DNA from: Zygnema circumcarinatum SAG 698-1b | Lineage: Eukaryota > Plantae > Zygnematophyceae | Assembly: GCA_037447605.1 (NCBI GenBank) | Contig: CM074807.1 | Span: 310,001 to 374,000 of the forward strand | Reading direction: 5' to 3' | DNA length: 64,000 nucleotides | Shown: piece by piece, positions 14,001-25,400 of the stretch | Layout: every line of letters starts with the position of its first letter | How positions within the stretch are numbered: position 1 is the stretch's first letter | The notes under the pieces: generated by a model | Seen by the model: the letters and a program-made list of their open reading frames with translations, nothing else | Database searches by the model: none | What the model was told of the DNA's origin: nothing | Position numbers and translations under genes: made by a program

Positions 14001-16258
14001 TTCAATACACCATTAAGATATTCTGGTTCAAGTATGTACTTCTCCGCATTGAGGTGCCCATTCAGATCATTCACCTGTTCTCCTTCATCATGTCCTATCC
14101 CGAATGATCCACATCTAAAAAAGCCTGAAAATTCCACGTCGACTTCCGAATTATCATGTTCTGCTCCACTGGACCTGACATCATGGCTCTCTCCCCTAGA
14201 CAGATTACCGATCACCCCAACTGGCATTTGGTGATTTTCAGAGAAAGGGGGAACAGATTCTACTGCGTCTTTACTCCAGATAGAAGATTCGACTTCGGGC
14301 TGCCCTTTGCAAACGGGGCAGATACACCCAGTCGGATGGGGCACCTAATTGAGTTCATCAAGCCAAAGTTCAGTCGCCTGCTATACCAAAATAGAATGAC
14401 CAGATGCTACTCACAAAAAACACTGAATAGTTATCAACTGCCTAAAAAAGCGACAACAAAGAGCAATTATGCACGTCATCAGAAGCGATCAAGTACGATG
14501 ATTCGCGAACACCTCCTCATTTACAGAGAATATCCTGAAATAACCAGATAGAAACCACTTTTCCAGGCCAAATGGATCCGAACAGCATTCTATCCTGTGC
14601 ACGAAGACTTTATGACTCCAAAAACACCTTCCTAACGGAGTAGCTGGTTTGCACCAGCCACCAACCACAAAAATCATTCCCAAAGAAGAATACTACCTTA
14701 GGTATTGATCCTGCTGGCGTAGGCCCCAGCTGCGTAAGGGAATGTTGTTCAATCCCATTAGAGTCTGGAGCAGCCGCATTCAGGATAAGTGGTGAGCTCT
14801 CAAATGGTAAGAGTTTAGCCGAATCTGCTGAATAAGACTGGTCTTCTTGAGATTGCTGGCAAACTTGGGTCTGCATTACTGCGGCGTTCTCAGAGTATCC
14901 CTGAGCAGGAAAGTGGGGTCTTTCTGTAGCTATGGACGGCAGAAAAGGGAGCTGAGAGCGTTTAGCAACTGCAGGGACCTTCACAGGCAAATACGGTTTC
15001 TGTGACGACATGGGCGCTTCTACAGTGGAAGGTATTGCTGGAGTAGCTCCTGATGTCCCAGATTGTATTGCAACTGGGAGAGGAGAACGACTTACGGATA
15101 TGCTGGCAATCGGGCTATTTGACGGAGCTACATCTTTACTATAAAGAGAGTGGTTCTGGCTAAGGGTATGAGACGCAGAAGACGGAGGTCTGACTGGCAT
15201 AGGCAGCGCCGATCTCCTTGCAGTTGTCCCCGTTGCTGCGGCCGGAGGAAGGGAGGGGACGATGACATTTGGGTTTTGGATGGGAGGCCGGGGCAAGGGG
15301 GAGCGCCATGCAGAAACAGTGCAAGGCTGTTGTTCTGGAGGCCCTCCTGAAGCCATTGAGGTGCCGAATGATTGAATGGAGCTGGACGTGGCGATTACCT
15401 GCACAAAAGTTCCCAAATTCAAAATAGTTTTCAAATTAACATTGAAATACTTCAGAAACGCGGTATAAAAATTTGTTTCTGACTTGAAGTGGGATTCGCG
15501 GTAAAGGCACAATTGGTAGCCTTTAAAATCGAGGGTACCAAAAACAAAAACGAGCAGTCACTGTCCCTTCGCAAGTTATGCCGATCGGCATGAATTTTCC
15601 TGCTTTGAAATTAAGACAGGAAATGATTCTATGATGGCAACTCCCAAGTGGCGCTCTTTCGTTGAATTATTTTGTTCCGCAAATAATGATCTCTTTGTCC
15701 TATTTATGCATGCCTACTCTGAAGCCATATCCTCTCTTGATAAAGCAGCTTACAAAATCACTCTGTTTAATGAAGAAAAGATGTGGCATTGATCTCACGA
15801 TGGCGATGCCATCAGATGTACATGGACAAAATCATCATGGGGAACCACGAGGAACTGGTCGCAAAGGACCTAAGTACAAAAAGAAAACAAGCCCTCTCTC
15901 TGTTTAATGGCTTACCAAGATAAGGCATACTCTGAATTCTAACATTATTAGCCTGGTTGCCAAGTTGCAAAAAAACGGACCAACTTTCAATAGCCGTATC
16001 CCCTCCAGATTGGCACGATGCTTTTCAACTTACAGCCTGATATCTGGAAACATCCACAGTCGCCCCCATATCTGTTCCCGCGCTTTCTGTCTGCAGCGTC
16101 GGCTCGATTGCATTGTCTGCAAGGCCGTCTACTAGGTCTCCCAAGTCGGCAAACGACAAAACCATATCGTCAAGACCTCGATTTGCATCCCTATTTGAAA
16201 CATTGGCTCCATCCGCACAAGATTTCTTCCTCGCCTCCTCATCATTATCGCCTTCCAT
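2001..16258 (-). CDS. Tify-binding-domain / PHD-finger / GNAT acetyltransferase chromatin protein (IDM1/ROS4-related plant family) with a very long low-complexity C-terminal tail
   Basis: Phase-consistent exons: 16258-16034, 15398-14697, 14344-13519, 13028-12799, 12620-12552, 12367-12100, 11828-11732, 11564-11508, 11336-11252, 10994-10935, 10652-10600, 10351-10164, 9853-9661, 9247-9190, 8772-8479, 8319-8255, 8038-7982, 7764-7671, 7416-7276, 7040-~2001. Motifs: two Tify-binding domains (VLLGTGALESLDVSYL...CGCSAC...SEFERHAGS and RDPAVLHKALFLPGGLQDG...CTCC...SQFEMHAG), PHD fingers (CSKCGSGGTLLCCD..CPLVYHL, CTECGDGGMLVSCDSCPAAYH, CVLCK..DF...GPRTIMLCDQCEREFHVGC) and GNAT (DFGGMYCVVL, AEMPLVAT...RQGYC...LPAAEG..ATW..GFGF). 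The start codon is uncertain because upstream spliced 5'-UTR-like exons lie near 17062-17500. The 3' end is also uncertain: either the stop at 2001 or a splice at 2054 to a short exon ending ~1848. Confidence 0.85.
2540..4440 (-). repeat. Coding tandem repeat: eight ~80-95 aa units (GRP-x-NRR basic motif + KLKGAAKLKAELKAK helix + Pro-rich linker + VSE..DVVVSAENIEG)
   Basis: Visible in ORF 2001..7124 and at DNA level, e.g. gctttaagttttgctgcccc recurring every ~240-270 nt. Units 4-5 and 6-7 form a higher-order ~480-nt dimer. Confidence 0.92.
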
Positions 16259-17175
16259 TCCTGCTACACACGGCAAGAAATTCATTCTTTGTTTAGGTTT
16301 CGACTTGTGACTTCAGAGATGTGAAACAGCGCCGACTCGCATGATAATTTTTTTTGCCCAAATGGAGCCACAACTCACCTGAAAGGACGGAGATTTCACA
16401 CATGGCTCCGTGCTCCTGGACACGCGAGCCGTGTTCAACTAAGGAGCTGCTCTATGGAAACCATGTTTCTTTCCTAGTCAGTGACAACTGCCTCGTGCTT
16501 GCTTTCAAATGACGAAAGGTTTGGCTATTTCAGACTTTTTCAGACATGGAACAGCAGGATTTCCTGAGAAAGAAATTAAGATATAAGGGACAAAAATCTT
16601 CAAGATAGTGCGTCTGGGACGTGAATATTCAGCTAGGTGCTCAACTCAAGAGGCTAAGCATAGAGTCTTGTAACTTTGTTTCAAAGCAAACGCCTCCACA
16701 ACCTGTAATACTGGTTAACTCACACCTGCTTTTCTCCTTCAGGCCTCAAATTTTAACAGAAAGGTGGACTCACATACATCTACCGCCCCTATACCACCCC
16801 CCCCCCCGCCCCTTCCCTTCCTCTCCCTCCCCTTTTCTTCTGTTTCCTGGTCAACATCTGCCCTACTTTCTCTCGCTCTCTCCATCTCCCTCTCTCTCTC
16901 ACGCATACACTCACAGCCTTTTTCCTCCTCTTTCTCCCTCTCCATCTCCCTCCCTCTTCCCGCCCTCCCTCTCTTCCCCCTTCCCTCCCTCCCTCTTCAT
17001 CCCTTTTTCCCTCCCTTCTCCCTCCTCCCCTCATCCTCTCCATCCGCCTCCCACGCCTCACCTCGTTCGTGAAAAATGTGTCGTCGCCCGCTCCGCCATT
17101 CAAATTTTGAACAGCCAAAACATCGCCGCCGAAAAGATGGCTCGCCCGCGCGTCCGCCCGCCCTCGCCCCCTTGC

Positions 17176-17196
17176 TAACCCTAACCCTAACCCTAA
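17176..17196. repeat. Short (TAACCC)3 telomere-like / telobox-type tract in the 5' region of the PHD-GNAT gene
   Basis: taaccctaaccctaaccctaa read directly. Confidence 0.7.
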
Positions 17197-17519
17197 TTCT
17201 TCCTCTGACTATGACCCTAGCCGACAGTCGACAGCCCTCCCACCCGTGGCCTACGCCGCCGTCTGTCCCTACCAAGGCCTTTCCCCGCCGATAGGGTGCA
17301 GGCGGCGAGAGAGAGTACAGAGATTCGAGAGATGATCACTGTCTCCTTCTCTTCACACTCTCTCTCTCTCTCTCCTTCTCTCTCTCTCTGTCTGTCTCGC
17401 TCCTGTCGTCGCCTCCTTATGAGATGACAGACACCGCCATGGTTGGATGGGATGGAAGCTTTTAGGGCTAGGGGGGGGAGGCTGCTGCGTGCTTCCCGTT
17501 CCATGTCACCGTAACAGAA

Positions 17520-17960
17520 AAATTAAAAAAACAGGGAAATCAAACTGAAACTGTAATGAAAACAGCGTGCTGTAGCACGGTATCCCGATATATCGCCAAT
17601 TGGTTTACCGTTCAGTTCACGTGTACATTTCGTACCGTTTTGGACGTTTCTAACGGCTCTTTTTCGGACGGCCATGTGTACGGACTGTACCATGGTTTGG
17701 CTTAACATAGGGGAACCGACACTGCAAAACCTCGATAAAGTGTCAAATATCGCAGTAAGGACTTGATAAAGTAATGAATTCTAGACGACATTAAAACCGA
17801 CACTACTGTGTCAAGGCTGATAACTTTTTAGAGCGTCATAACATAAAAAGCTTGACAATTGGTAGGCGGTCCGTACGTCATATATTCCGATACGATATAT
17901 TGTGATATACTGTGTATATGTGTCGATACGATACTCCGATATGATACCTGCTTGTTTTTT
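17520..17960. promoter_or_regulatory. Likely bidirectional promoter between the PHD-GNAT gene (-) and the MoCF-domain gene (+)
   Basis: Lies between the two divergent 5' regions. It contains TCTAACGGCT (MSA-like, 17649-17658), several GTAC cores, two ACCGAC motifs and CGATACGATA motifs (~17889, ~17924). Function is inferred from position. Confidence 0.5.
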
Positions 17961-18255
17961 CGCAGCTGAAGGCAAGCAGGGGCCAGGAGGGAGAGGGAGG
18001 GGTAGAGGGAGAGGGCGAGGGCGAGGGAGGGGAGAGAGAGAGAGGGAAGCATTTGAACGTCTGCTGCTGGCAGGGGGAAGTCTGCACTCCTTCAAAGTGC
18101 CTGCAAGTCCTTTCAACGGCATATTTTTTGCACGAAAGCGTGCGGAATGGGCGAATTATTGTGATCAAGAGTCACTGAAGCGCTCTCAGTCCCCACACAC
18201 AGTCACCATCTGCCGGTGCATCCCCGGCAAAGTTCTGCCTTGCCAAACAGAAGCC

Positions 18256-21200
18256 ATGGTTGCTGCCATAACTCTGCAACGCGTTGCCCTACGACTTGGT
18301 GCCAATCCTTTCCTCTTCGGCACCTCTTAGAAGCAATAAAAGAATCTTAATAGGAGTAATGGTTTTTTGTTGCTGAAACAAAAAATGCAGATGCTTACTG
18401 CTTTATTCATTCACCTATATCAAAACTGAAAGTGACTGAAAGTTTTGATATCGGTGAATGCTTAGAAAGTCAATCTGCCTTCCGGATATTACAGAACAAA
18501 CCCAGAAAGGGCGTCTCCGGAAACATCCTCCTGCTGTGACAGTCTGCTTCCTTGTGAAGCCAATCAGCTGCTGAGCGTTATTCTTCCCTTCCACCACAGC
18601 TGATCAGCAAATGGAAATTTCTGGAACCGTTGTATAAGTACCCAACTTGAAAGGATGATTTTATGACAGGCCTGTCGTCCTCCTGATCGATGCAAAATTC
18701 TGTAAAACCTGAGTAAGGTTGTTGTCTTCTGTATGTTTTTTCCTTGTGTTTTACAGGGGCTGTTTATCCTACAATAAGACCCAGAGGCCCGATAACTTCC
18801 TTAGGATATGGTCAAGTGCTGAAGTTAGGCTATTCGGTGAAGGCCATTACTTCAGAAAGTCCAAAAGCTGGTGCACTGGTGATCGGAAATGAGATCCTCA
18901 CAGGAAAAATTCAAGATACCAACACAGCAACACTGGGTAAGACTGATAAAGTCTGCACTTATCTCGTTCATTCGAAATTTTGAACCACGATCATTATGCA
19001 GTCTTCACGCTTCTGGTACTCCTTAAAAAGTGTTTTCTTCTACCTGCTTGTCAAGTCTGCCGTATGCATCTGCTTTTTTTTTTCCTTTTAGATGTTGAGG
19101 TTCAAAATCAAACCTCATCATCTAAAAGGATGATGAGGTAGGAGCAAGTTCGGAACCAGTTCAGTCTTTGGTACTTGGCGCCGCCGGCAATTTTTGTCGG
19201 CTATTGATGCATGCTAATGTTTACTTTTCTAACCATGAGGCAGACAAACTAATTTTGAACTTGATTTTGAATGTGTTCGGACTTGTTGGGTTTGGTGCTG
19301 TTAGCGAGGACACTTTTCAGTAGGGGAGTGGACCTTGTGAAGGTGGAAGTAGTGAGGGACGTTCAAAGCGAAATTGTTGATTCCATCCATCAGTTACAAG
19401 GTCAAGTAGGCTCCACAGGTGTCATCTTTACGAGGTGGGTTTACTCCCTTTGTGTCTTTCCTGCTTCGTCGATAGATAAAATTGTAAGATTTCTGAGCGT
19501 ATTGGGCTCCTTTACTTCCCTGTTCCGTATTTCAACAGGACGTTTGCCGTTGTCAGGATTTGGTTGTATGACATTGCATCTCCTGGACCCATATCAGACC
19601 CAAGGCCGTCCTTATTTCCACCAATTGGTCTTTCTTTATGGTCTTTGCTGAGTAATCTGCTTGCAGGGATGCAGTGGAGGGATAGGCCCAACACACGATG
19701 ACATCACTTATGAAGCGATTGCATCAGCATTTGGCTGCAAGTTAACACTGCATCAACCAACCGTTGAAGTGAGCGCAACGTCCGTTGTTTTTGTGACTTT
19801 CACCTTGATGATTGACTTTGCAGTCGGGGTCGTCCATTTAGATAGATTTTGTTGACATGCATGTAGTAAATTTTTGATTTGCAGCTTCCTACTGCAATAA
19901 ACATCGGCATGCATAAACAACAGGACGAAGTAAGCTGCATATTGAAATTTGGACTAACTTGTGGGAGCATTACCTTCTGTCATGTGATGTTGAGCTGACA
20001 GCTGATGAGAGCATACTATGAACCCCAAGGAAAAGAATTAAACGCAGCTCGCTTACGCATGGCAACACTTCCAGAAGGTGGGGATGACAAACTCTTCTTG
20101 TTTCACCCTCTCTGCTTTCCTTCCCTATCGATCTCCCTCAAAATTCCCGCTCCCCTCTTGCCATCTTCCCGTATCCCGTATCGAAGTCCACCGTAATGTG
20201 AATGGATTTCAAGAGGAAGGTAGGAGGCTAGACAAGGGAGATTCCGGGATAACCGAACCTGATGGCCTTTTTGTACCTGCTAGCTTTTGATCTCCACTGG
20301 GGGGGGTCGATTACACCCTCCTGTTGCACCACCAAGCTTTTTTCAATGTGTCACTTGAAAGATAATGTTCCTTTAGAGAATTCCGTCATCCGGGGAGAGG
20401 AGAGGCTCGCTATTTGCAGGGTGCGATGTCCTCTACACACCGGGACTTTGGGTGCCTTTGGTTGTACTCCAAAATGTTTATGTGCTACCTGGAGTCCCTC
20501 GACTTTTTACCCAAATGCTTACTTATCACAAAGAGGTGAAGCGAAGGGGCGGCTTTCTCTTGTTTTTTGCTTATGTTGCACTCTTCTTGCACTGGAACAT
20601 GTCTTGCCTCTACAGAGGACACCTCTTGATTCTGCATAATGTTGAAGATCGATCAGTTGCAAGGGACAAGGGGGGGCTTTGATCGAATCCAATTGATAGT
20701 TACTGACATGTTTTGTGTTGTTGGCAGCGGTTCACGGGGCCGCTTTGTACAGCATGTATTCTTTATACTCATCAGGTGTGTATTTCTTTCTGGGTGAACT
20801 GGTCTCGTGCGAAGGAGAGGGAATGGACGCGAAAGGAAAGAATTTGATCTGTTGAACATTTATTCAACATTTTTATAAATCGACTCCTTTTCAGTACTCT
20901 TCAGTCAGTGCTATGTTTCGCATTCCATTTAGCTGTGAATACTAATCATATGAAGAACTCATCGAGCACATTGTTTGTGGTGTTTGCATTCCCGCTTGCT
21001 TTCTGCATTTTATAAGCTCCTTCAAGGATGAAAGGCCGAAAAGGAAGGTTGAAAGACCGATTCGCTATAGTAAAAAGTTACTCAACGTGACAAAATCGGA
21101 AAGTTGACGCAGTATTGAACTATGGCTGGTGGCGGCATCGTCTTTACAGGGAGAGGGTGATTTGGCGGAGTCTCTCACAGAAATAGCAAAGAAGTTTCCG

Positions 21201-21858
21201 GATGTAGCAATTGGGAGCTACCCAGCTACAAGTCCTGATGACAAATTCACAACCAGGTACGGTAGGCTTGTACTGCGTGAGCTTGAACTCCTCTGTGGAG
21301 AGTGACTTGTTGAGGGGGGCGGAGGAGAGGGTAGGGGATTGGGGAGAGGATGGCTCATTGATCATGACTGAGGGATAGGACCGATAGAGGACGTTGCCAT
21401 ATTTTCCTTGCTTTCTTTTTCAGACCATGGCTGAGTGTCGGTGAGGTTCCAAACTGGATCACTCGTTCTGTTCATAAGGCATGATTCATTAGTTCCCTCG
21501 AGTTTTCAAAGCTGAAGTTCGTCCCTGCACTCTTGGTAGGTTAACCCCACATGGAAGTGTTCCTTTCTACCTTCAGCAGTAATGGGGGAAATGGGGGCAA
21601 TTGGGACATACTCACTATGGAACCGGCATTTGAAGCGTCCCTTTTGCCTTCAGTAGTAAAGGGGAAAGAGAATGGACCACTTTTGCGCTAACTACCAGTT
21701 GCGAATGTTAGGGTATTTAGGACTGAAGGTTCCCATAACTAGTTTCCTGTGTGCTTGTTATTATGCGCAGGCTCGCATTCGAGGGGCGGGACCCGGCTTT
21801 AGTGGAGGCGGCAGTGACGGAAGCAAAGGCGAAGATTGAGTGTTTCTGCAACGAGTAG
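18256..21858 (+). CDS. Stand-alone molybdopterin-binding (MoCF_biosynth / CinA N-terminal-like, FAD-diphosphatase-like) protein with putative organellar transit peptide
   Basis: Exons 18256-18298, 18757-18936, 19305-19434, 19675-19768, 20002-20077, 20420-20535, 20728-20775, 21150-21256, 21771-21858. Hallmark motifs: ALVIGNEILTGKIQDTN, VFT/IFTSGGIGPTHDDIT, RLRMATLP, NVYVLPGVP, GEGDLA...IGSYP. No PAPS-reductase domain is present. Confidence 0.87.
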
Positions 21859-22401
21859 GCATCACTCTTTCTTCGTCTTTTTCTCTTTTGTTCCTTCCTT
21901 TTTCTTCTTTCTTTCGCAATATCCGTGAGTGGTTACAAACTACTCGAGGTTTGGGCAAGCGTCAATTGTTACGGCCCCACTTAGAATATTGATCGTACGG
22001 AATAGAATGACAGTGTCGTTTATTTTTGTAGAGATGAAGTTTCTGTCTTTATTGGTGTGCGATGACGCGCACGGTTTTAGAGATGGAGGAAGGATCTTTA
22101 TACTATGACAAAGGCTTCCGGTACAGAGCACTACTTCTCTGTTTCTGAGAAACCGCCACATATCAATATCCGTCGGCAATGTTTCAAGGGTCTACATTAC
22201 TGTCGAACGTATTTCACATTTCATTGAAAAAAGGGGAGAAGCAGAGTATGGGGGCAAAAGAGGAGGCAAACGTCTTCCGAGTAGACAAAAATGGAAAATT
22301 GGAAAAACGTCGGACCTTCCTCCCAAATTCGAGGAGGACGTTCCTTTCCATCTCCTCCATCCGATGCCGAGTTCACTTATTGAGCTTAGAGAGAGAGAGA
22401 T

Positions 22402-25400
22402 TCACAGTAGCTTTTCGAGGCCGTACACCAACGACTGTCCAACCCAGAGGGATTGAATATACCAGTCAGGACATTGCATGCGCATAGCACGCCGCAGCAG
22501 TTGAACAGAATTAATCTTACAGTGACAACGTCAAGATAACATTGGAACAGATGTGGCATCAACGACTCTGCGGGAAAGTGTGGGAGGGTGGAGAGAGGGA
22601 GAGAGGAAGGGGGAAGTCGAAACAGAAAGGACGAAAATCAGGGAGTGAGTGTGAGGGAGGGGTTGTAAGAGGTAGGTGCCCTTACCCTCAATCTTGCAGC
22701 TCGGCGAATGGCCAGAAGTAGCCCGGGCATGAGAGCGTTCACATCTTCCACATCGTGGCGTAACGAGAGTGTCTGCCAACAAACCACGCGTTTATTTACA
22801 TACCACAAACCACAGCTTTGAATGAACCTCAGAATGTACTAACACTCATAACGCAAGCAAGGCTCTGACCAGCTGATGACCCAAAAGGACAAAGACGTCC
22901 ACACTTTTTGAAAGAATGAAGGTCAACAGATCAACAAATGACTTTTGCTCCAAACAACCAAAAAGCCCATCCTAACAGATCAACAAATGACTTTTGCTCC
23001 AAACAACCAAAAAGCCCATCCTTCCATCTCCTCCTCAGTATGGTAAGTATTGGTTCAGCTACTTTTCCTTGGTTCAAAAGGGAGAAGGAGAGAGGGGGGG
23101 TAGTGAGGGAAACATCGAGAGGGAGAATGAGGTGAAGAGAGAGAGATATATATACGGAGAAAGAGCGAGAGAGAGGGAGGTAGCGAACCTGCCCTGGAGC
23201 TCCGAACCGGACCTCCATACTCCCCAGCTGCCCCTTCTTCTCCACCCCATGCCATCGTATGCCTTCGGGGAGAATCACCGTCTTTCCCTGGCCAGCACAC
23301 AGTATACAAAATATTTTTATTTTAGATGAGAAAAAGAGATCGTTTTTCATTCGAAGTGAAAGATACTCCATTGAAACCCATATGACATACACATATAAAC
23401 CTCCATTACTTCCCATGCCTTGGAATTTTTCTTAGCCTTCCATCGGTCATTCTGAAAAGTTCGTGTAGGAGGAGGCACGGAAGGTCAATGAAGTGAATTA
23501 GGAAGAGCAAGAAAGGTTTAAAAGGAAAGTGGAAAGGAAGGCCTCTCACTCCGTATCCGGACGGTTTTCCTTCCAAGTCCCGCTCGTTGTAGATCCTTCC
23601 AAGACCTGCAAGCGCATCCGCCATCTGAAGAGCTGCTGGAGAGGGCTCTGAGTCCTCCTATACCTTCCGCATATGACAGGAGGAGGAGAAAGAGATACCA
23701 AGTAAGAACAGCGCTGAAGCCAGAATAGGGAGGAGGAAGGAATTTCCGTCCAGCCGGAACTACGAGTTTCACTAAGTTAAAAGGAATCTAGCCGAAGGTC
23801 TTGTATGTCCGTAAATTGCATGCAAGAGTATAAAGAGCATAAAGAGAGCTGTAGCTTTACGGCGATTCATAGCTAATGTCAATAACAGGGAGTAAATACC
23901 TCAAGTGAGTCGCTGCCCTCGATGATGTCAACATTGGGGTAATGGAAGGCAGCGGTGACAGCAGCTTGTTGTAAAAGAGTAGTTCCAATGCTTAGGGTTG
24001 GAGCAATGACGCAGCCCTGTGCACGAAGTAAGTGAACAAAAGAAATCGTAAAGCATCTCATATTGAATCTACTTCAACACTGAGAAACAGTAAATGCTGA
24101 GGATCGATCAAACCAAGGTATGCGTTAAGGGATTGCTGGAAATTTGAGTTTTGTTCATACCATCGACGCTTTTTCACAGAACTTGAAGAGTGTTTCCACT
24201 TGATCTTCATCCAAAATGGCTCCACTAATCACGCTCTTCAACCCAAATGCTGCAGCCTGCCCGAATCCATGCAGAAAGAACAGTATGAGAAAAGCAGGGC
24301 AAGGACCAACGAAAAGAGGGAGAAGAAAGCAGATGCAAAGAAAGAAAAAGGTAAGAAATAATAAAAAGCAGCTATTCTTGCTACAAGGTACTTCAAAAAA
24401 ATAAAAGGCGACTTCATGATTGGATTGAATATATCTTGCACCTGTCGGATGTTCTCATAAGCATCTCCTTTGCTCTCCAAGTCAACCAGGACTCCCAGGT
24501 CTTGAGTCTGTTCACCGGAAAATTTGGAGGAAGGAGGAAAGGGTACGGAGGTGTCAGGCCTAAAGGAAGCAGAGAATGCAGCTTTCAAAGGCAATACAAA
24601 CCCCCATCATTTGAGTGTCAAAACGTTAACTTGAATCGCAGAGGCTAGAGGGGCTTGGATCTTCTGCATCTTTGACTAGCATTGGCTGCCAAACAATAAG
24701 ACTTCCACCTTTTCGTATCGATTTTTAGAAATAAAGGTTTTTATGCTATTGTTTGCTAATAGATGAACAAAACCAAAAGAAGGAAATGACAGAAATCGCA
24801 CCTGGGCAACAGATGCGAGCACCATCACGAGGTCTTTCGTCACAGGGAGCTCGAGCGGCTCTTCTAAGCCTGCAATCTGGCACAATTTCATTCCTCTGTG
24901 ATTTGAAATTCTAAGATGAAGTTGCCTCCATTTTTTCTTTTGTACTCTTGAAAGTGTTGAATTAGGTCCAATGCAGAGTACAACCGAATCCTGGTGCTTG
25001 GTTGAGCGCAGGTTCCGTGAGAAATTCACAGATTCAGAGAAATAAGTGAAGTCTTCGGTGCCATTGTGAAGAGAAGAAGAAAGTAGATGGCATACCTCGC
25101 CTGCATCTCGACCAGCTAGAGATGAGTCAGGATCAACGGCTCCCGCAACTTCCATACCACGAGCTCCAGTAACAGCGCGCAGGGCAGCACGGCCCAGCTC
25201 TCCACCGGCGCCATTCACAACTACCTGCACAAGCATTAGAGACTTGGATACTAAATAAATGCCTGCAAGGACGTTTATCCTTGAACTAAATATCGAAAAA
25301 CGAATGGACCACATGTGCTGGTGTTAAGCCTAAGTTCGCGTTTCTTTATGGTATTCGAAGATACTTTTGCTTTGAAAAACAAAGAGAATTGTTGGTCCTG

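Noticed and set aside
19183-19201. AATTTTTG Sm-site-like motif suggesting an snRNA
   Set aside because: The motif is embedded in a hairpin stem-loop, and no snRNA-like flanking structure or promoter is seen.
22931-23110. ORF extension GKVAEPILTILRRRWKDG... as a CRR1 C-terminus
   Set aside because: It is out of phase with the preceding exon. The true conserved C-terminus is in exons 22772-22686 and 22434-22402, so this segment with its 49-bp duplication is intronic.
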